Below are positions 37,249-50,500 of a stretch of 64,000 bases of DNA, piece after piece. The number at the start of each line of letters is the position of its first letter. The first letter of the stretch is position 1. The DNA lies in the NCBI GenBank assembly GCA_964187785.1, contig OZ076409.1, positions 70,620,001 to 70,684,000 on the forward strand, in the 5' to 3' direction. The stretch is from Amphiscolops sp. MND2022. Taxonomy: Eukaryota. The notes beneath the pieces were generated by a model, which searched no databases, was not told where the DNA came from, and was given only the letters and a program-made list of their open reading frames with translations. A program made the translations under genes and the position numbers.

Positions 37249-38516
37249 GTGGCCGTGTCTTTTCGACGTGCTTTTGCATTGAGGAGTGGGTAGGGCCCCG
37301 CGACGACCTAGAAGAATTGGATGCTCACCGAAACGTGCAGAATTCTACGAGATCTCATAGTTTGAGCCATACGATTTTTCTGAAATTTGGCATGTGGCCT
37401 GGAATTGGTGAGTAGGTAAAACGTGTAGAAGGTAATTTTTCCCAAATTCCACTGTGAGAGGAAATATGGGCAAATAACGGACCCAAAAATGGGGAAAATG
37501 CACATTTTTCAACTTTGTCAGCCAATATCTCTTTTCCAGGTGCCCGGAGCGGGACGCGTTAAGCTGATTATAAACTCTAGGGTGTTGAGGCTGTACGGGG
37601 AAGTCAGGCCCGTTCCGATCGGACTTGTAGTCTTGGAGAAATAACGGTATTTTTGGGGAACCTTTTCTAACGGTCCAGCTTATCTTTGCCATTTTTTCGA
37701 AAATGTACTCGCCTAAAGGCCTCCCCCTGGCCGAATTTACTCCCAGCAAAACCATTTGGCCCTAAATACGGAGTTTCAGCGTTCCAGCATTCCCGGGCGA
37801 AAAGTTGTGGGACTTGGAAAATTTTCAAAAATTTTCAAAAAATTTTTTTTCGTTTTCCGGGCCCCCAATGAAGGGGAAACGACCCCCCAACCAGTATTTT
37901 GAGTGAATTCATGTGGAAAGCCCTTGTTTTGACGAGAAAAATACCGTTTAGAACATCTTTTTATCTTGACTCAACGTTGACTTATGACGTTTTGAATGTG
38001 ATGTAAGGATGTAGGAGGCATGTGATAAGTTGATGTTTTGAGTCTTTATCTCATATGAAAGCGGTTGAGATGCAAGCTGTCCTGCTCAAAACGTCTTTCG
38101 TTGTAATTTTCCAGTGCACCAATACCCTTTGGTGTCATATAAACATACTTTTTGTCGATATATTAACAATTTTAATGTATTTATTCCAATTTTTATTATC
38201 TTATAACTCAAAACAGTTGAGTACATTTCATCTCCCTTTCGGGGGAGATGAGAATGTACTCGCTAAAGACCTAGCGCCATGACCAAAAGTTTGAAACCCA
38301 CGTTTTTTATCTTCTTACAGACTTGTTTTTGTATTTTTTCGGAATTTTTTAAAAATTAATATACTTGAAATACATTACTTGACTTTACTACTACAACCCA
38401 CCTCCAACGACAACGCCCCCCTGCTTGCATCAACGCCCACCGTCCGTGGGCATGCCGAGGCATGCCCTTCGACGACGTATGCCAAATGCCCAGTGCCACG
38501 CAGTCATTATCGCTAG
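37249..38516 (+). repeat. Family B unit (head type B2, 1268 bp; swapped internal block)
   Basis: B2 head, but the block at ~37540-37665 resembles that of unit 62219 rather than unit 35964. Confidence 0.93.
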
Positions 38517-41500
38517 GTGCGGGGGGGTAACCCCAACAAAGATATTGGAGGATTCGGGTAGGGTCCTGAATCCGATCTTAGTACCGCCAGCTATCAGTAG
38601 AAAATTTCCCTCAAAAACCGGGATCTCGGGAACTAACCGTAGGATTTGAAAGTTGGAGCGGCCCCCACCAGATTTTCCCGAATAGATCGCCCCCCACCGG
38701 GCTCCATACCCCGGAAAATTTTTTTTTGGCCACACGGGCGACAGTTAGGGGGTCATTTTAGGGGTAAAATTCATATTGGTCCATATAACTTTTTTCCTGT
38801 TGGTTTAAAAGTTTGGGAACCCTTCTAAAGGTTTTTCGACTATGTTGCAAGGGCTCCGGAGGTGCAAACCAAATTTTTCTATCTTGAAGCTATCTCCAAG
38901 TACCCCCCCGCTCAAACCGTTATTTTTCCGGAAACGCAGGTTTTTGACCCGGAAGGAGTCGTCTGAGCGCGGGGTCGTTAGGTGATGTTTTGGGGACGGC
39001 CTTGAGACAAAGTGGGGGACAAGTAGTTTGCCAACCTCAATTTACCCCCCGGACGGGAAATGACCGTTATATGAGCGTGAAAAATGCCCCCCTCCACGTT
39101 TTACCGCTATTTCCGGTGTGAAGGTGTGGGAGTAGCGCGTCGGGTGCCATATATCAAAAGTAGGTTTAGACAAGGATCTATCAAAAACATGTGGTTTGGG
39201 ACCCCCTGACCCAACCCGTTAGCGGGAAATGGGGCTTCCGCCTCCTTTTTTTTCGGTTAAAAACGGAAAATGGGCATTGAGGGGTAAATATCTCGTGAAC
39301 GCGTGGAGCTACGGTGTCCTTCACTACTACAAGGTTTCATACCCATGATATGGTGCCTTCAGGGGGGCAAACAGATTTCCGCTATCTATCACCGTTACGG
39401 ACTTGGCCCCCCAGCCTAACCGCTATGTGACCGGAAATGTCACTTTTTGAGCCCAAAGGGTCGGTCCCAGCCAGGGAACGTTAGATAACTTTTTGTAGTA
39501 CTCATTGAGACGAGTTGGGGGACATAGTTTCAGTCACCCTCCGTTACCCCTTGTGACCGGAAATGACCGTTATGTGGGTAAAATTGGGATTTTTATACTT
39601 TTTGAAGGGCAATTAGGTGCGGAAGGAGTGGTAATAGGTGCTTGGACACTATATGATGGAATGGAGGACGTGAGGCGAACATTCAGACATAACCGTTATG
39701 TTGACCCTAAAGTCCCCCTGGTACCGTAAACGACCGGAAATGGTCAAATTTTGTGTCTATTGGGTACAAATGTTTGGTATTTTGTAAATAAAAGTATCTA
39801 TTAGGTGTTTCGACGGTCTGCAGTAGTGAACATAGTCATGAAACCTTGTGGGGGGTAACGGTATATAGCACCGGAAGTCCAAAACGTTAGAGACGGGATA
39901 GGTTTTTCCGTTTTAAAATGTCTTTCGGCGTACTTTTGTCAACTAATATGGAATATTTTTTAAAATTAAAGTTTTTCCATATAGTTTCAGAGACTCCCAA
40001 ACCTCAAACAACATAACCGTTACCTTATGATAGCCTTTCAAGTTGGCCTGGTGTCAACTTGGAAGGGCTATCCTTCAAAAATCGTTGATCAAGTGTGTTT
40101 TTGGGTATGTTTGAATCATTTTAGAATCAATTAGAGCTTCAAGAAATGTTTGCCAACGACAAAAACTATGTCGTGATGATTCCGTTATTAGAGTAATAGT
40201 TATCAAAATATTGATTAAGTTGATTTTTTACATTTCAAAAGTGTCCTAAAAGCCAGAAAACCTCTTTACCAAACAAATGGTATTGATTGGATTGTATATA
40301 ACAGGTAATAAAAGTTCAAATTGATTATTACGTTTTATTATGTAAGCTGAAACGTCATATTATAGTTTAATTAACGTCAACGCCACATACTTTACACCAA
40401 CGCCCACCGTCTGTGGGCATGCCGAGGCATGCCCTTCGACGACGTATACCAAATACATTTCATATCTACACCCACTCGCGGTAGCAGCTAGGTGCGGGGG
40501 GGAAACCCCAACAAAGATATTGGAGGATTCGGGTAGGGTCCTGAATCCGATCTTAGTACCGTCAGCTATCAGTAGAAAATTTCCCTCAAAAACCGGGATC
40601 TCGGGAACTAACCGTAGGATTTGAAAGTTGGAGCGGCCCCCACCAGATTTTCCCGAATAAATCGCCCCCCACCGGGCTCCATACCCCGGAAAATTTTTTT
40701 TTGGCCACACGGGCGACTGTTAGGGGGTCATTTTAGGGGTAAAATTCATATTGGTCCATATAACTTTTTTTCTGTTGGTTTAAAAGTTTGGGAACCCTAC
40801 TAAAGGTTTTTCGACCATGTTGCAAGGGCTCCGGAGGTGCAAACCAAATTTTTCTATCTTGAAGCTATCTCCAAGTACCCCCCCGCTCAAACCGTTATTT
40901 TTGCGGAAACGCAGGTTTTTGACCCGGAAGGAGTCGTCTGAGCGCGGGGTCGTTAGGTGATGTATTGGGGACGGCCTTGAGACGAAGCGGGGGACATGTA
41001 GTTTGCCACCCTCAGTTTACCCCCCGGACGGGAAATGACCGTTATATGAGCGGGAAAATTGCCCCCCTCCACGTTTAACCGCTATTTCCGGTGTGAAGGA
41101 GTGGGAGTAGCGCGTCGGGTGCCATATATCAAAAGTAGGTTTAGACAAGGATCTATCAAAAACATGTGGTTTGGGACCCCCTGACCCAACCCGTTAGCGG
41201 GAAATGGGGCTTCCGCCTCCTTTTTTTTCGGTTAAAAACGGAAAATGGGCATTGAGGGGTAAATATCTCGTGAACGCGTGGAGCTACGGTGTCCTTCACT
41301 ACTACAAGGTTTCATACCCATGATATGGTGCCTTCAGGGGGGCAAACAGATTTCCGCTATCTATCACCGTTACGGACTTGGCCCCCCAGCCTAACCGCTA
41401 TGTGACCGGAAATGTCACTTTTTGAGCCCGAAGGGTCGGTCCCAGCCAGGGAACGTTATATAACTTTTTGTAGTACTCATTGAGACGAGTTGGGGGCCAT

Positions 41501-44500
41501 AGTTTCAGTCACCCCCCGTTACCCCATGTGACCGGAAATGACCGTTATGTGGGTAACATTGGGATTTTTGTACTTTTTGAAGGGCAATTAGGTGCGGAAG
41601 GAGTGGTAATAGGTGCTTGGACACTATATGATGGAATGGAGGACGTGAGGCGAACATTCAGACATAACCGTTATGTTGACCCTAAAGTCCCCCTGGTACC
41701 GTAAACGACCAGAAATGGTCAAATTTTGTGTCTATTGGGTACAAATGTTTAGTATTTTGTAAATAAAAGTATCTATTAGGTGTTTCGACGGTCTGCAGTA
41801 GTGAACATAGTCATGAAACCTTGTGGGGGGTAACGGTATATAGCACCGGAAGTCCATAACGTTAGAGACGGGATAGGTTTTTCCGTTTTTAAATGTCTTT
41901 CGGCGTACTTTTGTCAACTAATATGGAATATTTTTTAAAATTAAAGTTTTTCCATATAGTTTCAGAGACTCCCAAACCTCAAACAACATAACCGTTACCT
42001 TATGATAGCCTTTCAAGTTGGCCTGGTGTCAACTTGGAAGGGCTATCCTTCAAAAATCGTTGATCAAGTGTGTTTTTGGGTATGTTTGAATCATTTTAGA
42101 ATCAATTAGAGCTTCAAGAAATGTTTGCCAACGACAAAAACTATGTCGCGATGATTCCGTTATTAGAGTAATAGTTAACAAAATATTGATTAAGTTAATT
42201 TTTTACATTTCAAAAGTGTCCTAAAAGCCAGAAAACCTCTTTACCAAACAAATGGTATTGATTGGATTGTATATAACAGGTAATAAAAGTTCAAATTGAT
42301 TATTACGTTTTATTATGTAAGCTGAAACGTCATATTATAGTTTAATTAACGTCAACGCCACATACTTTACACCAACGCCCACCGTCTGTGGGCATGCCGA
42401 GGCATGCCCTTCGACGACGTATACCAAATACATTTCATATCTACACCCACCCGCGGTAGCAGCTAGGTGCGGGGGGGAAACCCCAACAAAATTTTTGGAG
42501 GATTCGGGTAGGGTCCTGAATCCGAGTTCAGTGCTGCCAGCTTTCGTTAAGAAAATTTGGATAGGATTCGGGATCTCGTGATCTAACCATAGGATTTTAA
42601 AGTTGGAGCGGCCCCCACCAGATTTTCCGAAAATTAGCGCCCCCCACCGGGTTCCATACCCCGGAAAATTTTTTTCTGGCCACACGGGCGACCGTTAGGG
42701 GGTCATTTTAGGGGTAAAATTCATATTGGGCCACATAACTTTTTTTCTGTTGATTTAAAACTTTGGGACCCTGCTAAAAGTTTCTTGACCGTGTTGCAGG
42801 GGCCCCGGAGGTCCAAACCAAATTTTTCTATCTTGAAGCTATCTCCAAGTACCCCCCCGCCCAAAACGTTATTTTTCCGGAAACGCAGGTTTTTGACCCG
42901 GAAGGAGTCGTCGGAGCGCGGGGTCGTTAGGTGATGTATTGGGGACGGCCTTGAGACGAAGTGGGGGACATGCAGTTTGCCAACCCCAGTTTACCCCCCG
43001 GACGGGAAATGACCGTTATATGACCGAAAAAAATGCCCCCCTCCACGTTTTACCGCTATTTCCGGTGTGAAGGAGTGGGAGTAGCGCGTCGGGTGCCATA
43101 TATCAAAAGTAGGTTTAAACAAGGAACTATCGGAAACATGTGGTTTGGGACCCCCTGGACCAACCCGTTAGCGGGAAATGGGACTTCCGCCTCCTTTTTT
43201 TACGGTTAAAAACGGAAAATGGGCATTGAGGGGTAAATATCTCGTGAACGCGTGGAGCTACGGTGTCCTTCACTACTACAAGGTTTCATACCCATGATAT
43301 GGTGCCTTCAGGGGGGCAAACAGATTTCCGCTATCTATCACCGTTACGGACTTGGCCCCCCAGCCTAACCGTTAAGTGACCGGAAATGTCATATTTTGAA
43401 CCCAAACGGTCGATCCTAGCCGGGCAACGTTAGGTAACATATTGTAGTACTCATTGAGACGAGTTGGGGGATCTAGTTTCAGTCACCACCCGTTACCCCT
43501 TGAGACCGGAAATGACCGTTATGTGAGTAGAATTGCAATTTTTATACCTTTTGAAGGGCATTTAGGTGCGGAAGGAATGGTAATAGGTGCTTGGACACTT
43601 TATGATGTAATGGAGGTCGTGAGGAGAGCATTCGGAAGTAACCGTTACGTTGACCCCAAAGTCCCCCTGGTACCGTTAACAACCGGAAATGGCCAAATTT
43701 TGTGTTTATAGGGTACAAATGTTTGGTATTTTATGGATAAAAGTACCTGGAAGGTGTTTTAAAGGCCTCCAGAAGTGAACATAGTCATGAAACTTTGTGG
43801 GGGGTAACGGTATATAGCACCGGAAGTCCAAACCGTTAGTTACAGAATAGGTTTTTTGGTTTCAAAATGTCTTTAGGCGTAGTTTTGTGGGTTGAATCGT
43901 CATAATATCAACTAATACGGACTTTTTTCGGAAATAAAATTTTTTCACATTAGTTTCAGGGACCTCCAATGTTTCAGTCAACATAACCGTTACATTTTGA
44001 TAGCCTTTCAAGTTGGCCTGGTGTCAACTTGGAAGGGCTATCCTTCTAAAATCGTTAATCAAGAGTGTTTTTGGGTAGGTATATGTTGCATTAGTACCAA
44101 TTAGAGCTTCATCAACAGTTTGCCAACGGCAAAAACGATGTCGTGATAATTCCGTTATAAGAATATTAATTAACAAATTGTTTCCAAAGTTGATTTTTTC
44201 CATTCGAAATGTGTCCCAATGCCACCAAATTGAATAAAATAATAAATGGTATTGACTAAAACTAAATAACATTGAAAAAGAAGCTCAACATTTTTAATAG
44301 GTCTCATAATGGAAGCTGAAACCTCACGTTTTAACTTAATTAACGTCAACGCCACATACTTTACATCAACGTCCGCCGTCTGTGGGCATGCCGAGGCATG
44401 CCCTTCGACGACGTATACCAATTACATATATATCTACACCCACCCGCGGTAGCAGCTAGGTGCGGGGGGGTAACCCCAACAAATATATTGGAGGATTCGG

Positions 44501-47500
44501 GTAGGGTCCTGAATCCGATTTTAACTCTAATAGCTATCGATAGGAAATCTTGCAAAAATTTCGGGATCTCGTGATCTAACCATAGGATTTTAAAGTTGGA
44601 GCGGCCCCCACCAGATTTTCCAAAATTGATCGCCCCCCACCGGGTTCCATACCCCGGAAAATTTTTTTCTGGCCACACGGGCGACCGTTAGGGGGTCATT
44701 TTAGGGGTAAAATTCATATTGGGCCACATAACTTTTTTTCTGTTGATTTAAAACTTTGGAACCCTGCTAAAAGTTTCTTGACCGTATTGCAAGGGCTCCG
44801 GAGGTCCAAACCAAATTTTTCTATCTTGAAGCTATCTCCAAGTACCCCCCCGCTCAAACCGTTATTTTTCCGGAAACGCAGGTTTTTGACCCGGAAGGAG
44901 TCGTCTGAGCGCGGGGTCGTTAGGTGATGTTTTGGGGACGGCCTTGAGACGAAGTGGGGGACATGTAGTTTGCCAACCTCAGTTTACCCCCCGGACGGGA
45001 AATGACCGTTATATGAGCGGCAAAAATGTCCCCCTCCACGTTTTACCGCTATTTCCGGTGTGAAGGAGTGGGAGTAGCGCGTCGGGTGCCATATATCAAA
45101 AGTAGGTTTAGACAAGGATCTATCGGAAACATGTGGTTTGGGACCCCCTGGACCAACCCGTTAGCAGGAAATGGGGCTTCCGGCCCGTTTTTTTACGGTT
45201 AAAAACGGAAAATGGGCATTGAGGGGCAAATATATCGTGAACGCGTGGAGCTACGGTGTCCTTCACTACTACAAGGTTTCATACCCATGATATGGTGCCT
45301 TCAGGGGGGCAAACAGATTTCCGCTATCTATCACCGTTACGGACTTGGCCCCCCAGCCTAACCGCTAAGTGACCGGAAATGTCACTTTTTGAGCCCAAAG
45401 GGTCGGTCCCAGCCAGGGAACGTTAGGTAACTTATTGTAGTACTCATTGAGATGAGTTGGGGGACATAGTTTCAGTCACCCCCCGTTACCCCTTAAGACC
45501 GGAAATGACCGTTATGTGAGTAAATTTGCCGTTTTTGTCCTATTTGAAGGGCATTTAGATGCGGAAGAAGTGGTAATAGGTGCTTGGACACTATATGAGG
45601 TAAGGGAGGATATGAGGCGAGCATTCGGAAATAACCGTTATGCTGACCCCAAAGTCCCCCTGGTACCGTAAACGACCGGAAATGGTCAAATTTTCTGTTT
45701 ATAGGGTACAAATGTTTGGTATTTTGTAGATAAAAGTATCTATTAGGTGTTTCGACCGTCTGCAGTAGTGAACATAGTCATGAAACCTTGTGGGGGGTAA
45801 CGCTATATAGCACCGGAAGTCCAAACCGTTGGAGACAGGATAGGTTTTTTGGTTTTAAAATGTCTTTCGGCGTACTTTTGTCAACTATTAAGGACTACTT
45901 TTAAAAATTAAAGTTTTTCCATATAGTTTTAGAGACTCCGAAACCTCAACCAACATAACCGTTACCTCATGATAGCCTTTCAAGTTGGCCTGGTGTCAAC
46001 TTGGAAGGGCTATCCTTCAAAAATCGTCAATCAAGTGTGTTTTTGGGTATGTTTGTATCATTTTAGAATCAAATAGAGCTTCAAAAAAAGTTTGCCAACG
46101 ACAAAAACTATGTCGTGATGATTCCGTTATTAGAATAATAGTTAGCAAATTGTTGAGAAAATTGATTTTTTCCATATAAAATGTGTCCTAATTGCCAGGA
46201 AACCTATTTAACTAACAAATGGTATTGATTGGAATGTATGTAACAGAGTTATAAAAGTTCAAATTGATTATTACGTTTCATTATGGAAGCTGAAACGTAA
46301 TATTTTAGTTTAATTAACGTCAACGCCACACACTTTACATCAACGCCCACCGTCTGTGGGCATGCCGAGGCATGCCCTTCGACGACGTATGACAAATCCA
46401 TATCAAACGACGCCCGTACATCCCGGGCTAGGTGCGGGGGGGTAACCCCAACAAAGATATTGGAGGATTCGGGTAGGGTCCTGAATCCGATTTTAACTCT
46501 AATAGCTATCGATAGGAAATCTTGCAAAAATTTCGGGATCTCGTGATCTAACCATAGGATTTTAAAGTTGGAGCGGCCCCCACCAGATTTTCCGAAAATT
46601 AGCGCCCCCCACCGGGTTCCATACCCCGGAAAATTTTTTTCTGGCCACACGGGCGACCGTTAGGGGGTCATTTTAGGGGTAAAATTCATATTGGGCCACA
46701 TAACTTTTTTTCTGTTGATTTAAAACTTTGGAACCCTGCTAAAAGTTTCTTGACCGTGTTGCAGGGGCCCCGGAGGTCCAAACCAAATTTTTCTATCTTG
46801 AAGCTATCTCCAAGTACCCCCCCGCTCAAACCGTTATTTTTCCGGAAACGCAGGTTTTTGACCCGGAAGGAGTCGTCTGAGCGCGGGGTCGTTAGGTGAT
46901 GTATTGGGGACGGCCTTGAGACGAAGTGGGGGACAAGTAGTTTGCCAACCTCAATTTACCCCCCGGACGGGAAATGACCGTTATATGAGCGTGAAAAATG
47001 CCCCCCTCCACGTTTTACCGCTATTTCCGGTGTGAAGGAGTGGGAGTAGCGCGTCGGGTGTTATATAACAAAAGTAGGTTTAGACAAGGACCTATCGGAA
47101 ACATGTGGTTTGGGACCCCCTGGACCAACCCGTTAGCGGGAAATGGGGCTTCCGCCTCCTTTTTTTAGTGCTAAAACCGTAAAATGGGCATTGAGGGGTA
47201 AATATCTCGTGAACGCGTGGAGCAATCGTGTCCATCACTACTACAAGGTTTCATACCCATGATATGGTGCCTTCAGGGGGGCAAACAGATTTCCGCTATC
47301 TATCACCGTTACCGACTTGGCCCCCCAGCCTAACCGCTATGTGACCGGAAATGTCACTTTTTGAGCCCAAAGGGTCGGTCCCAGCCGGGGAACGTTAGGT
47401 AACTTATTGTAGTACTCAATGAGACGAGTTGGGGGATATAGTTTCAGTCACCCCCCGTTACCCCTTGGGACCGGAAATGACCGTTATGTGGGTAAAATTG

Positions 47501-50500
47501 CAATTTTTATACTTTTTCAAGTGTATTTAGGTGCGGAAGGAGTGGTAATAGGTGCTTGGACACTATATGATGTAAGGGAGGACGTGAGGCGAGCATTCGG
47601 AAACAACCGTTATGTTGACCCTAAAGTCCCCCTGGTACCGTAAACGACCGGAAATGGTCAAATTTTGTGTCTATTGGGTACAAATGTTTTGTATTTTGTA
47701 GATAAAAGTATCTATTAGGTGTTTCGACGGTCTACAGTAGTGAACATAGTCATGAAACCTTGTGGGGGGTAACGGTATATAGCACCGGAAGTCAAACCGT
47801 TGGAGACAGGATAGGTTTTTTGGTTTTAAAATGTCTTTCGGCGTAATTTTTTCGACTCTTGTGGACTATTTTTAAAAATTAAAGTTTTTCCATATAGTTT
47901 CAGAGACTCCGAAACCTCAACCAACATAACCGTTACCTTATGATAGCCTTTCAAGTTGGCCTGGTGTCAACTTGGAAGCGCTATCCTTCTGAAATCGTTA
48001 ATCAAGAGTGTTTTTGGGTAGGTATATATTGCATTAGTACCAATTAGAGCTTCATCAACAGTGTATCAACGACAAAAACTATGCCGTCATGATTCCGTTA
48101 TTAGAATCATAGTGAGCAAATTGTTGAAAAAAATGGTTTTTTCCATACAAAATGTGTCCTAAATGCCAGGAAACCTATTTACCTAACAAATGGTATTAAT
48201 TGGAATGTTTGTAACAGATTTATAAAAGTTCAAATTGAATATTACATTTCATTATGGAAGCTGAAACGTCATATTTTAGTTTAATTAACGTCAACGCCAC
48301 ACACTTTACATCAACGCCCACCGTCTGTGGGCATGCCGAGGCATGCCCTTCGACGACGTATACCAAATACATACCCAAACGACGCCCGTACATGCCGGGC
48401 TAGGTGCGGGGGGGAAACCCCAACAAATATATTGGAGGATTCGGGTAGGGTCCTGAATCCGATTTTAACTCTAATAGCTATCGATAGGAAATCTTGCAAA
48501 AATTTCGGGATCTCGTGATCTAACCATAGGATTTTAAAGTTGGAGCGGCCCCCACCAGATTTTCCGAAAATTAGCGCCCCCCACCGGGTTCCATACCCCG
48601 GAAAATTTTTTTCTGGCCACACGGGCGACCGTTAGGGGGTCATTTTAGGGGTAAAATTCATATTGGGCCACATAACTTTTTTTCTGTTGATTTAAAACTT
48701 TAGGACCCTGCTAAAAGTTTCTTGACCATGTTGCGGGGGCTCCGGAGGTCCAAACCAATTTTTTCTATCTTGAAGCTATCTCCAAGTACCCCCCCGCCCA
48801 AACCGTTATTTTTCCGGAAACGAAGGTCTTTGACCCGGAAGGAGTCGTCTGAGCGCGGGGTCGTTAGGTGATGTTTTGGGGACGGCCTTGAGACGAAGTG
48901 GGGGACATGTAGTTTGCCAACCTCAGTTTACCCCCCGGACGGGAAATGACCGTTATATGAGCGGCAAAAATGTCCCCCTCCACGTTTTACCGCTATTTCC
49001 GGTGTGAAGGAGTGGGAGTAGCGCGTCGGGTGCCATATATCAAAAGTAGGTTTAGACAAGGATCTATCGGAAACATGTGGTTTGGGACCCCCTGGACCAA
49101 CCCGTTAGCAGGAAATGGGGCTTCCGGCCCGTTTTTTTACGGTTAAAAACGGAAAATGGGCATTGAGGGGTAAATATCTCGTGAACGCGTGGAGCTACGG
49201 TGTCCTTCACTACTACAAGGTTTCATACCCATGATATGGTGCCTTCAGGGGGGCAAACAGATTTCCGCTATCTATCACCGTTACGGACTTGGCCCCCCAG
49301 CCTAACCGCTAAGTGACCGGAAATGTCACTTTTTGAGCCCAAAGGGTCGGTCCCAGCCAGGGAACGTTAGATAACTTATTGTAGTACTCATTGAGATGAG
49401 TTGGGGGACATAGTTTCAGTCACCCCCCGTTACCCCTTAAGACCGGAAATGACCGTTATGTGAGTAAAGTTGCCGTTTTTGTCCTATTTGAAGGGCATTT
49501 AGATGCGGAAGGAGTGGTAATAGGTGCTTGGACACTATATGAGGTAAGGGAGGATATGAGGCGAGCATTCGGAAATAACCGTTATGTTGACCCCAAAGTC
49601 CCCGTGGTACCGTAAACGACCGGAAATGGTCAAATTTTCTGTTTATAGGGTACAAATGGTTGGTATTTTGTAGATAAAAGTATCTATTAGGTGTTTCGAC
49701 GGTCTGCAGTAGTGAACATAGTCATGAAACCTTGTGGGGGGTAACGGTATATAGCACCGGAAGTCCAAACCGTTGGAGACAAGATAGGTTTTTTGGTTTT
49801 AAAATGTCTTTCGGCGTACTTTTGTCGACTATTAAGGACTACTTTTAAAAATTAAAGTTTTTCCATATAGTTTTAGAGACTCCGAAACCTCAACCAACAT
49901 AACCGTTACCTCATGATAGCCTTTCAAGTTGGCCTGGTGTCAACTTGGAAGGGCTATCCTTCAAAAATCGTCAATCAAGTGTGTCTTTGGGTATGTTTGT
50001 ATCATTTTAGAATCAAATAGAGCTTCAAGAAAAGTTTGCCAACGACAAAAACTATGTTGTGATGATTCCGTTATTAGAATAATAGTTAGCAAATTGTTGA
50101 GAAAATTGATTTTTTCCATATAAAATGTGTCCTAATTGCCAGGAAACCTATTTAACTTACAAATGGTATTGATTGGAATGTATGTAACAGAGTTATAAAA
50201 GTTCAAATTGACTATTACGTTTCATTATGGAAGCTGAAACGTAATATTTTAGTTTAATTAACGTCAACGCCACACACTTTACATCAACGCCCACCGTCTG
50301 TGGGCATGCCGAGGCATGCCCTTCGACGACGTATGGCAAATCCCTTCTAACGACGCCCGTACATCCCGGGCTAGGTGCGGGGGGGTAACCCCTACAAAGA
50401 TATTGGAGGATTCGGGTAGGGTCCTGAATCCGATCTTAGTACCGTCAGCTATCAGTAGAAAATTTCCCTCAAAAACCGGGATCTCGGGAACTAACCGTAG

